Shown piece after piece: positions 37,427-46,332 of a DNA stretch of 64,000 bases (within the stretch, counting starts at the first letter, position 1; each line of letters starts with the position of its first letter). The stretch is from assembly GCA_044221725.1 (NCBI GenBank), contig JBGAON010000003.1, positions 448,001-512,000 on the forward strand, read 5' to 3'. Below the pieces are notes generated by a model. It was not told where the DNA came from. It searched no databases and saw nothing but the letters and a program-made list of their open reading frames with translations. The DNA is from Elusimicrobiota bacterium (GTDB lineage Bacteria > Elusimicrobiota > Elusimicrobia > F11). Both the position numbers and the translations under genes were made by a program.

Positions 37427-38908
37427 TTACTTCGTAGGTTCGGTTACCTCGGGCTGCGCTTCCGCGGGTTGCGTCGCTTCAGCGGGCGCGGCTTCTGGTT
37501 GCGTTCCTACACTGCTATTGTCTTGCTTGGCCGGTGTTTCGACCGGAGCTGAAATTGGTGTTGCGCTCATCGCTTTTTCAGCGGCCGCATCTTCTTTGGT
37601 TTTTGCGGTCAGTTCTGTTTCACGCGCGCCGTTCAGTTGAAGGCTCATATCGATCACTTCTTTGCGATCGTGATCTGGCAACGCGAGTTTCAGGTCGCCG
37701 TCGTTCTCCCATGTCTTTCCGTTCTTGTAATTGACTTGGAAGTGATAGGCATACATTCCGTCAACAACCGGTTCGCCGATCGCGTTTTTCGCGTCCCAAA
37801 CAATTTTCTCTGGCGGACGCAAGTCGCCTTCCAGGCGGCGCACTTCTTTGCCTTCGGCGTTGTTGATGGAGAGACTCCAACGAGCGACCGTTTGGGCTGG
37901 CACGTCGGTCTTAAACGCTACCTGGTTTTCAAAACCACTCAACGGATACACCGCACGACCCTCTTTCATTGGAGGTTCTATGCCCGTTTTATAAATGTTG
38001 TGCCATGCCCACGTGATGGACACTTTATTAAAGGCTCCAAGATCGGTATCGCTAAACGCATAGTCAATTCTGAACTTTTTGATATTCGCTCCTACACCAA
38101 GAGTGTAACTGCGATTCGCGTTGTAGCCAGTCCTTAACGAAAAAAATCTGTTCACGGCCCATTCGGCACCGGCGGCGTACTGGTTATCTTCATGACTTAC
38201 TCTGCTCATGTCGAAGGTCAGCGTGAGTCGATTTCGGAAAACGTCCGTGGCCGCTCCAAATCGGGTCACCGGGCGAAATACATCTTCTTCGGTTTGCAGT
38301 TTGATGCCCGGCTCGTTGAAATTCGCGAACATCGCGCCAACGCTCAAAAACCGAAACGGTTTGTACATGAAGCCCGCGTCCATCGCGAGCGTGTTGCCAG
38401 AAAGTCCACCCACCTTTTGTTGAATGAATTTCGCGTTCACGCCCGCGGAAATACGCTGCGTGAGCTTGTGCGCATACGAGGCCAGCACCGCATTGTTGCT
38501 CAAAGCCCCGTTCGAATCGGTTTCATTGTTGAAATTGTCGCGCAACGAGTATCCGTTCGAGAGCAACATTGCATCGGACAACGCCAATGCACCCCATTTA
38601 TCGCCCAGGGGATTGGCTGTCGCAAAATAGTTGTAGCTCGAATCCAAATAAAGGGGAGCGTGCATCAGCATCAGTTGGTGTTCGTCCATATACGCTAGAC
38701 CGGCGGGATTGAAGTAAGGGGCGGACGCGTCATCGGCCAAACCCGTGAAAGCTCCGCCCATCGCCAACGAACGAGCACCCGCACCAATGTTGAAAAGGTC
38801 GGAGGCTTGGCCATAGGTTGCGGCCGCGTTTAGAGAGCTTAGATGGCTGGCTAATGTCAGCACAATCAAGCTTGCTTTTAGCACTGTTTTTGGCGTTAGG
38901 GATTTCAT
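37427..38908 (-). CDS. PorV/PorQ-like (FadL/UPF0164-type) beta-barrel fused to a C-terminal FlgD/CTD-like domain
   Basis: IGAGARSLAMGGAFTGLADDASAPYFNPAGL hatch motif, amphipathic strands and IDYAF, then W.L.I....G..VR...IVWDAKNAIGEPVVDGMY and a Pro/Ala/Glu tail. Start is ATG 38908 or GTG 38917. Confidence 0.8.
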   Translation of the reverse strand: MKSLTPKTVLKASLIVLTLASHLSSLNAAATYGQASDLFNIGAGARSLAMGGAFTGLADDASAPYFNPAGLAYMDEHQLMLMHAPLYLDSSYNYFATANPLGDKWGALALSDAMLLSNGYSLRDNFNNETDSNGALSNNAVLASYAHKLTQRISAGVNAKFIQQKVGGLSGNTLAMDAGFMYKPFRFLSVGAMFANFNEPGIKLQTEEDVFRPVTRFGAATDVFRNRLTLTFDMSRVSHEDNQYAAGAEWAVNRFFSLRTGYNANRSYTLGVGANIKKFRIDYAFSDTDLGAFNKVSITWAWHNIYKTGIEPPMKEGRAVYPLSGFENQVAFKTDVPAQTVARWSLSINNAEGKEVRRLEGDLRPPEKIVWDAKNAIGEPVVDGMYAYHFQVNYKNGKTWENDGDLKLALPDHDRKEVIDMSLQLNGARETELTAKTKEDAAAEKAMSATPISAPVETPAKQDNSSVGTQPEAAPAEATQPAEAQPEVTEPTK

Positions 38909-38920
38909 TGCGTTCACCTA

Positions 38921-41900
38921 TTATTTCGCCACCAAAATCTTCGTTTTCATCCTTTGACCGGTGGCACCGACTTTAACGACCACTACATATCCTCCATTTG
39001 CAACGGTCGTGCCGTCATCGTTAATACCGCGCCAAATCACACGGTTATCCGTGCGTGCTTCGCCACCTTGCTGACCAGCATCAATTGTCTGGTGCCAAAC
39101 TTTTTGACCAAACAAGTCATAGATGTCCACGTCCACGCTGGACGCCGATGCCAACGGATACTGAATCGTTATGAAGTTGTCCCCGTTCGAACTCTTCGGA
39201 TTAAACGGACTCGGGTATCCGACGAGCTTGTCCGATAGTTGATAGGTAAGAATGTCGAGTGTGTGCGGCCCACCGTTCGTAACCAACTCACTTACTTTGT
39301 TCACACAGGTCGGATCGACATTCGGGTAGCACACGTCGGAATACCAACGGAAATCGTATGTCTTTGTGGTCGAGAAGCCTGTTGCACCGCTGCTCGGGTT
39401 GTAGGTCTGATACGGGCCACCATCAAGGCTGTAATAGGTGGACACAACACCACCGGCGCTCACCTGCAAACCCGTGAGATCGATAAACCAAGGCGTGTTC
39501 ACGGGGATGCGATTTCCGCCCAAGGTCAACGCACGTCCCGGGCCACCGTTGATACCGAGAATGTTCACCTTAAATTCTTTCGCGAATCCACGATTCGGAC
39601 GATCCAAATCAAGAATGCGAACCGTGATGAGCCCGTTCGCGTTCGGCAAGGCGCTGAAGGTCACTTTCAGTTCGCCGTTCGCATCGGTAAGCGCCACGAG
39701 TTCGTTGCTTTCGCTGTTCATCCTCAACTGACCAGGAATGTCCGCCGATAGCGAAACCTTCTGGTTTGGAATGAGGTTTCCGAACGTGTCCTTGAAGGTC
39801 AGCGTCTCGTCGTCACTCGTTCCGGCCAAAAACTGAATCGGGTCTTTAACGTCAACGGTGACGAGTGCGCCCGGATTGATTTTGATGGCGGCTCCCGAAA
39901 AATAGTATTGCTGAGTCGGAACCGGTGGTGGGTCAAAAACCGTGGTGTTGTCGGCCAAGCGCAAATAGATCGTTTCAGCGCGATTGTATGTGGCGGACAC
40001 CGTGATTTTTCCGTTCACGACGTTCACGAGGTTTGGCACGAACGTGCCGCCCGCTGGAAGTCCCGACACCGACACAAACGCTTCGAGCGGAAGGCCCGTG
40101 CGATTCATGTTTTTGATTTCGGTTCCGGTGTCGGAATCGATCGCTTGGATCGTAAAGTTAAAAAGTTTGTTCACTTCGCTTTCCGCCGGAATATCGCGGA
40201 ACTGATAGGTGACCGCGCGCGGAATAAAACTGATCACATTGCTCACGCTTTCGTTGTCTCCGGTCAAATCTTTCACGCGCAAACGAATGCCTTCCGCAAT
40301 CGTGTACCGTTGATTTGTAATGGTCACGTTGCCCGCGACAAGGTTGGCTGAAGTGACATCCAATGTTCCGGTCGCTTTCGACCCGTCCACTTGCAGCGCT
40401 TCAATCGTGATGGGGCCAAAGGCCGGAACCACCGCTCCAGCACTGTTGCGCAACGAAATGGTCATGCTGAAGGCTTGGCCGGTAAACTGTGTGGCTGGCA
40501 CAGCGATATCGAAGAAAGTTCCGATGACAGGAACGTCGACTTTTTGCGATACGATCGTTCCGTTGTTGTCGTCGCGAACGATGACTGGAATCGTGCCTGC
40601 TTTATTGAATGTAATGGCGGTCGCAGTTTGACCGCCCGCCAGCGGAGCATCCTGCGGGACTGGCGCATTTAAGAATGCGAGCGCGTCCGTCGATTCAAAA
40701 TGGATTTTCCCACCGTTGAACGAATCGACGGTGTTCGCGAATTGGTCGGTTCCTTTCACTTGGAACACCACCGACAGCTTTCGGTCTTGCTGATTTGGCG
40801 TGCCAGTTTTTCCGGTCGGGTTTGCCGTTACCCCCGGCGTGTGAGTCTCGCCGGGCGCGATGATAATGAGTTTTTTGTAGGAATCCGGACTCAATGTGAT
40901 TGCGTTGCTGTTCCGAGGAACAATTGTCCATCCCGCCAAATTAAGATTCGATGCTTTCAGTACGATCGCTTCGGCTTTTGTGTAAGCGACGTCGATCGCG
41001 CAAATACCGTTCACGAGGCTCGCGCTTGAGACGGACAACGTTCCGTCTGCCGTCGGAAAAAGAAGTGATGTCGCTTCCAATCCGACCGTGTGGTTGTAAA
41101 GTGGGCTTTTGATCAGCGTGTCGGTGCTTCGGTCGCGCAGTTCGATGCGTGCACGGAATGTGCTCGGTGGGCCTACGATACCGGTGGCCGGGACAGAGAC
41201 GGTGTATTTTAGGCCGCTCGGTTGAACATCGATAAGGTTTGAGAACGCGATACGACCGAAGTTGTCACGGACTTTGATTTTAATTCCCTCTACATACTGG
41301 TAGTTCAGATCATTAATTACGACGACGCCGTTGTTCGTCACAAACTGGCGTTCGCTTCCATCGGGTGTGAACTGCCCTGTTGCTGGCGTACCGTCGGGCA
41401 ACACCGCGCTCAGGAAGACCGTTTGGCTGTATCCGTTCACCGGAATTCCATTCATCTGGAGCGAAATGGTAACAGCACCGAAATTTGAGCCCGCGACCGC
41501 TGTCGCCGGAGATTGAATGTTGTAGGTCGGGCCCGGAACGACGTGGATCGTCACTTGTCCGAACGTCTTCGTGAGATCGTTCTGGTCAAGAGCTTTAAGC
41601 GTGTAAAAGCCTTCGCTACCGAACAGGACGCTGCGCGTGTGGGTTCCGGTTTGGATCGTGCGAGGCGTGGGGCCGTTCTGCGTGTTATTGGGCGGTAAAT
41701 AAATTGTGTTTGTTGGTGACGAAACGAACAGAACATCACCGCCGGAAAATTGCACCGGGTTGTAATAGTTATCGACGGAGAGAATGGTCACGGTGTTTGC
41801 CACGCTTACCATTTGATCGGATGGCGGGAACCCCGCTTTCTTTCCGCCGGTCGCTTCGTTTCCCGGGTCCGGCAATTCGCCGGGCGCGATAATTTGCAAG

Positions 41901-44791
41901 CGCGAGTACGGTCCTGCGAGCCCTTGAATTGTGCTCGAGCTGGCCGTCACACCGCCCGCGGTAATATCCGTTGCGGTCAGTGTGTGAATCACTGCGGCTT
42001 TCAAAACAAGCGTTGTACTGAATTCGCCGAGCGCCAGATCTCCCTGCGCGGGGCTAAATTGCGCGTAGGAATCGCTCGCGAAGGCGACTTTCTGCGACGA
42101 GATTGTTGTTAATTGGTTGAAATACTGATCGCAAGCGACGGCGCGAACCGTGATGGCCGTTCCAACCGAGCGTGGAGCATTTGCGCCAGTTTTTCCCCAT
42201 GTTGTTCCGGGCGCCGCTACCTCGTCGGGACCCAGCAGCAACAATTTTTTATATCCGAGCGAATTCGGAAGAACCTTAAATGAATTGCTCGTGCTGGTTG
42301 TGCCGCCCCATTGCATGACGATTTTGACGGCGTTGTTCGCCGCGAAGCAGGTGATCGGACCATTGTAGATACCGCCGGACATCGATACGGTCGCTGGAGA
42401 CATCGTGCCCACGCCGGTTGTTGCCGACAAATTAATGGAATTGTTGAAATTGTTGATGATCTGATTGAACTGATCTTCTGCTTGAATCAAAACGTTGAAC
42501 GGAACGCCCGCCTCTTTGTCGGTATTGCTAGCGAGAGTGAAACGGAAGTGATCGACGTTTCCCGGACCTACCGGAATGGAAACACTCTGGAAAAGATTGG
42601 CGTTTCCGGCATCTTCGACGCGCACTGCTGAATTTTCGCCGAGCGACACGCTAACCGTGCGGTTGCTGGCGGCCATTGAAACGGATTGGCCCAACGTAAT
42701 TCCGCTGATGAAACTTGCAGCGTTGCTTGGCGTGATAGAGAAGCGCGTATTGGCGTACGGCGGATTCTGTAGCGGATTCCAGTATTGATCGGTGAGATAC
42801 GCGGTCATGTTGAACGCGATACCAGCGCCTTGCGTTGACGGCACTCCTTCTTTTCCATTTGCGAAAAATGAACCGGGGCGTAATGTTTCGCCGGGCGCTT
42901 CAAACGCGACACGATTGTAGGCGCCTGCGGAGACAGTTACCGTCGAGCTCAAGAAATCTTGCGGGGAAAAATTTGTGGTGGCGCGAAATTGCTTGTTGAG
43001 GCCCGCGGTACGCATGCTCACGCGGAAAGACGTGTCAAACGGCGGTGTCTGATACGTGAGTTCACCCCCGATCGGGAACGTGACGGTCGGATCGGCTGGG
43101 TGCGTCGCCGTGATATATGAGCTCGGAACCAAGCTCGACAACGTAATAGGAGTTCCCGTAATCGCAGGACCGGTAACCACATTCCAGTGCGCATCGGTCA
43201 AGCGAGCTTCGACAACCAACTGGTCGCCGGCCACGATGGTCGGCGGCGTGCCGCTGTTGCCGGGATACGTTCCAGGCGTAAACGTTTCTCCGACGAGCAC
43301 GCCGGGTTTCCCCAAAATTGTCATATGGACTTTGCTGAGGGCACCGGTCCGGACTTCGAATTGGTTGCTGTACGTTCCGACGCCAAATTGATCCTCAAAG
43401 TGCAAATCGACAACTTGGCTGCGTTTCGTAACGTTCAAATTAACGGTCGCGATACCGGCGACGAAGTTCACGACGTTGTCCGGAACGATTGTGGACGGGT
43501 TTGTATCCGCCCAAAGAACATTTTCTTGCACCGGCGGGCCGCTGATGCGCGCCGACAATTTTGCGCCCGGAAGAGCACCGTAGAGACTGGTGAGCAGAAT
43601 TCCACCGGACCGCGCTTCGATTTGAATCGTGATGACATCATCGGTTGTGAAGATCTGCCCCGGATTTGGTTGCACCGTAAACGCGTATGTGTTCGTCGCA
43701 CCGGGTGCCACCGGAACCACGGATTGATCCGCTTGGGCGGACTGTCCATTTGGGGTGGCTGTAATCGTACGCGTTCCGTTCGTGTTAAAAACAAAGCGGT
43801 TCGGTGCCGGTTGGCCACCGGCGATTTGTAGCGGCGGCGTTGTGAGACTTTGGGTGGGCGGTAAATAACTCGGCGCCACGGTGTCCGTCGGTTCCGACGA
43901 TGTGAATCCCATGCTGAGACTGACCGCTGAATAAATAGGATTGTAGAAAGCATCGACCGGCCAAATGGTGACAAGTCCTACCGGAACCGCGGCGACCTGA
44001 GTTCCAACCGTTCCACTTTTACCGATGCCGGGCGTCAGCGTTTCTCCTGGAAAAAGCATTGTGACTTTGGAATAAGCCCCCGGCGTTAAATTGAACAATG
44101 GACTCGTGTACGTTGGCGCGGGCACAGGGCCCGGCACGTTGAAACCGGTCAATCCGGAAATTGTCAGTGAAACTTTGTTGTTCATATCGCCGGCTTTTGT
44201 TGTGACGATGGCGGTGGCGATGCCATTTCCCGTCACGAAAGCGTTGCCGTCCACCGGTGTCAAAATACCCAAAGCGCTGCTGTCGACGATTTGAACCGGG
44301 TCCTCGAAATAAGAAACGAAGATTCCGTTCGCATCGAGCGGCGTGATCTGAATCGTGTAAGAAGTGTTTGCCGTAATCGACGGAATGGTGGGCGTGATCT
44401 GAAAGGTTGTCGGATACCGTTGCAGCGAGGCAGAAACCGTCGTGAAAATTGAGGGATCGTTTTTGTTTGTCACCGTCAGGTTTACATTGCCGGGAGCCTG
44501 ATGAAAGCGAATCGTGAAAATAAGTTTTCCGGTCGCATCCACTTTGTATTCGTTGGGCCCCACTTGCACACCGTTTCCGACGAAGATATCGCACGAAGCC
44601 AACGCGCCCGACGTTTGCAAAAATACGTTGTCGAAAAGCGCGGGTGAGGAAACGATTTGCAATTGATAGTCGCGCCCTTGAACGAGATTGAGCGGACGCC
44701 CATCGGTGCGCGTGATCGTGTAACCGGCGAACGCCGAGCTGACCGCCGACAGGAGGATTCCTCCAACAAAAGATAGAAGTTTGCGGTTCAT
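38921..44791 (-). CDS. Giant secreted Ig-like repeat protein with T9SS/FlgD-like C-terminal domain
   Basis: Signal peptide; repeated D.y.N beta-sandwich units and PGE..PG...GK.G repeats; C-terminal YPSPFNP...DIYDLFGQKV...WRGINDDGTTVANGGY...KILVAK. Confidence 0.82.
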   Translation of the reverse strand: MNRKLLSFVGGILLSAVSSAFAGYTITRTDGRPLNLVQGRDYQLQIVSSPALFDNVFLQTSGALASCDIFVGNGVQVGPNEYKVDATGKLIFTIRFHQAPGNVNLTVTNKNDPSIFTTVSASLQRYPTTFQITPTIPSITANTSYTIQITPLDANGIFVSYFEDPVQIVDSSALGILTPVDGNAFVTGNGIATAIVTTKAGDMNNKVSLTISGLTGFNVPGPVPAPTYTSPLFNLTPGAYSKVTMLFPGETLTPGIGKSGTVGTQVAAVPVGLVTIWPVDAFYNPIYSAVSLSMGFTSSEPTDTVAPSYLPPTQSLTTPPLQIAGGQPAPNRFVFNTNGTRTITATPNGQSAQADQSVVPVAPGATNTYAFTVQPNPGQIFTTDDVITIQIEARSGGILLTSLYGALPGAKLSARISGPPVQENVLWADTNPSTIVPDNVVNFVAGIATVNLNVTKRSQVVDLHFEDQFGVGTYSNQFEVRTGALSKVHMTILGKPGVLVGETFTPGTYPGNSGTPPTIVAGDQLVVEARLTDAHWNVVTGPAITGTPITLSSLVPSSYITATHPADPTVTFPIGGELTYQTPPFDTSFRVSMRTAGLNKQFRATTNFSPQDFLSSTVTVSAGAYNRVAFEAPGETLRPGSFFANGKEGVPSTQGAGIAFNMTAYLTDQYWNPLQNPPYANTRFSITPSNAASFISGITLGQSVSMAASNRTVSVSLGENSAVRVEDAGNANLFQSVSIPVGPGNVDHFRFTLASNTDKEAGVPFNVLIQAEDQFNQIINNFNNSINLSATTGVGTMSPATVSMSGGIYNGPITCFAANNAVKIVMQWGGTTSTSNSFKVLPNSLGYKKLLLLGPDEVAAPGTTWGKTGANAPRSVGTAITVRAVACDQYFNQLTTISSQKVAFASDSYAQFSPAQGDLALGEFSTTLVLKAAVIHTLTATDITAGGVTASSSTIQGLAGPYSRLQIIAPGELPDPGNEATGGKKAGFPPSDQMVSVANTVTILSVDNYYNPVQFSGGDVLFVSSPTNTIYLPPNNTQNGPTPRTIQTGTHTRSVLFGSEGFYTLKALDQNDLTKTFGQVTIHVVPGPTYNIQSPATAVAGSNFGAVTISLQMNGIPVNGYSQTVFLSAVLPDGTPATGQFTPDGSERQFVTNNGVVVINDLNYQYVEGIKIKVRDNFGRIAFSNLIDVQPSGLKYTVSVPATGIVGPPSTFRARIELRDRSTDTLIKSPLYNHTVGLEATSLLFPTADGTLSVSSASLVNGICAIDVAYTKAEAIVLKASNLNLAGWTIVPRNSNAITLSPDSYKKLIIIAPGETHTPGVTANPTGKTGTPNQQDRKLSVVFQVKGTDQFANTVDSFNGGKIHFESTDALAFLNAPVPQDAPLAGGQTATAITFNKAGTIPVIVRDDNNGTIVSQKVDVPVIGTFFDIAVPATQFTGQAFSMTISLRNSAGAVVPAFGPITIEALQVDGSKATGTLDVTSANLVAGNVTITNQRYTIAEGIRLRVKDLTGDNESVSNVISFIPRAVTYQFRDIPAESEVNKLFNFTIQAIDSDTGTEIKNMNRTGLPLEAFVSVSGLPAGGTFVPNLVNVVNGKITVSATYNRAETIYLRLADNTTVFDPPPVPTQQYYFSGAAIKINPGALVTVDVKDPIQFLAGTSDDETLTFKDTFGNLIPNQKVSLSADIPGQLRMNSESNELVALTDANGELKVTFSALPNANGLITVRILDLDRPNRGFAKEFKVNILGINGGPGRALTLGGNRIPVNTPWFIDLTGLQVSAGGVVSTYYSLDGGPYQTYNPSSGATGFSTTKTYDFRWYSDVCYPNVDPTCVNKVSELVTNGGPHTLDILTYQLSDKLVGYPSPFNPKSSNGDNFITIQYPLASASSVDVDIYDLFGQKVWHQTIDAGQQGGEARTDNRVIWRGINDDGTTVANGGYVVVVKVGATGQRMKTKILVAK

Positions 44792-45156
44792 GGCCGCACC
44801 TCCACCGCTTCTTCCACATATCTTTGGGTGTCGGGATTTTTGTCATCCGTCAAAACGCAAACCGTGTAAGAACCGATGAACGCAGCGTGCAACGTAATTT
44901 TTCCAATGCCGTCACGCAGGGTAACGCGGTTCGGTTCACCAACACCACGACGCCGCAATTCAACAAGGACTGTTTCGTTCGTCTTGAATTTTTTTCCGTC
45001 TTTGAGCGCGGTTATTTCCACCGGAAGATCGGATTTAAGTGAGATCGATTTCGGAACCGCAACTTTAAAGCTTTGAATTTCGCTGGCGTGGATCGAGAGA
45101 ATTCCAAAAAAAACGACGGCCGCGCACGTAGCTATAATTTTTGTGAATCGTTTCAT
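44788..45156 (-). CDS. Small secreted Ig-like protein, first gene of the operon
   Basis: AGGAGG SD; signal peptide MKRFTKIIATCAAVVFFGILSIHA; beta-rich; ATGA overlap with the giant gene. Confidence 0.7.
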   Translation of the reverse strand: MKRFTKIIATCAAVVFFGILSIHASEIQSFKVAVPKSISLKSDLPVEITALKDGKKFKTNETVLVELRRRGVGEPNRVTLRDGIGKITLHAAFIGSYTVCVLTDDKNPDTQRYVEEAVEVRP

Positions 45157-45252
45157 CGTTGCGTCCTCCTTGCACATTTCTCTCGATCGTTCGAGTAAAT
45201 CCCTGAAAACCTTAAATCACAATGTGTTTTTGGTCACAGGTTTGCCTTCCAA

Positions 45253-45274
45253 ATGTCACCGAAACTTGTGACAT
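45253..45274. promoter_or_regulatory. Inverted repeat ATGTCAC-N8-GTGACAT at the predicted transcription start
   Basis: Perfect 7-bp arms at 45253-45259 and 45268-45274. Confidence 0.5.
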
Positions 45275-45283
45275 AAGCTCGTG

Positions 45284-45299
45284 TGCAATGTTCATGCCA
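45284..45299 (-). promoter_or_regulatory. Sigma-54 (RpoN) -24/-12 promoter
   Basis: Minus strand TGGCATGAACATTGCA gives GG-N10-GC, one mismatch from TGGCACG-N4-TTGCW; intergenic and oriented toward the operon. Confidence 0.75.
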
Positions 45300-45408
45300 C
45301 GAATTAGCGACAGGAATCGTGTTGGTTTAGCGCGGTGATTTAGGAACGAGGGGCGAGGTTTGCGGACGAATTTTGCCGGGATGCGCGCGATGTTAAGACG
45401 GAAAAATC

Positions 45409-46332
45409 TTAGTGATCGCGGGTGACGACGAAATCGGTGAGGAGGTGCAGAACCTGGGCGGATGTGCCAAACGAGGCGAGAGCCGCATGCGCTTTTTTTG
45501 CAAACTTCAGAGCATGCAATTTCGATGAATCGAGTCCGAAAATTTCTGGGTAAGTGAGCTTTTTATTCGCACGGTCACTTCCTCTCTTGCCGAGTTTCAC
45601 CTTGTCCCCTACCACGTCGAGAATATCGTCGGTAATCTGAAAAATGAGACCCAGGCAATGCCCGTAGCGTTCCATGGCGGACACTTGTTTTCTGTTTCCC
45701 CCAGCCACAAGGGCGCCGGCCATAAGGCTTCCTTGGATGAGCGCCGCGGTTTTTTTGCGATGAATATAATCGAGTAATGCTTCCGGCGATCGAAATTCGG
45801 AATCTTTAAGATTTTTCCACCGGCCCTTGTCCGCTTTGATATCGGCAACTTGACCGCCAACCATGCCCCGGCTTCCGGCCGCCTGCGCGACGATCTTCAC
45901 GGCCTCGAGTGCACGCCGCGGCTCAATATTTTTTTTCTGCGAATTCTGAGCCAAAAGCTCGAATGCCCGAGTAAGCAGCGCGTCTCCGGCGAGAATTGCA
46001 ATGTCTTCACCGTAGACTTTGTGGTTCGTCGGCTTTCCGCGGCGAAGGTCGTCATTGTCCATGGCCGGCAAGTCATCGTGGATGAGCGAATACGTGTGAA
46101 CGAACTCCAGCGCACATGCCGTTTCTATAACGTCCGATGCTTTTCCCCCGCAGATTTCCGCGGCAGCGATAACGAGGATGGGGCGTAAGCGTTTTCCTCC
46201 GGCCATAACGGAATAGCGCATCGCATCGTGAATGATTGCGGGTTTGTCGGTGACACGGGGCAAAAAACGCAGCAGCGCCGTGTCGATGACTTTTCCATGC
46301 CGCCGAAAATAGCGGTCGAGCTCGGGTGTCAC
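45409..46332 (-). CDS. ispA: Farnesyl/geranylgeranyl diphosphate synthase
   Basis: GGKRLRP, SLIHDDLPAMD..D.RRG, GGQ..D, KT and FQITDDILD motifs. Confidence 0.95.
   Translation of the reverse strand: MTPELDRYFRRHGKVIDTALLRFLPRVTDKPAIIHDAMRYSVMAGGKRLRPILVIAAAEICGGKASDVIETACALEFVHTYSLIHDDLPAMDNDDLRRGKPTNHKVYGEDIAILAGDALLTRAFELLAQNSQKKNIEPRRALEAVKIVAQAAGSRGMVGGQVADIKADKGRWKNLKDSEFRSPEALLDYIHRKKTAALIQGSLMAGALVAGGNRKQVSAMERYGHCLGLIFQITDDILDVVGDKVKLGKRGSDRANKKLTYPEIFGLDSSKLHALKFAKKAHAALASFGTSAQVLHLLTDFVVTRDH

Noticed and set aside
45205..45250. GGCAAACC on the minus strand in the operon leader, resembling a c-di-GMP-I riboswitch
   Set aside because: No GNRA-capped P2 stem and no downstream GACGCAAAG segment; only the 8-mer matches.
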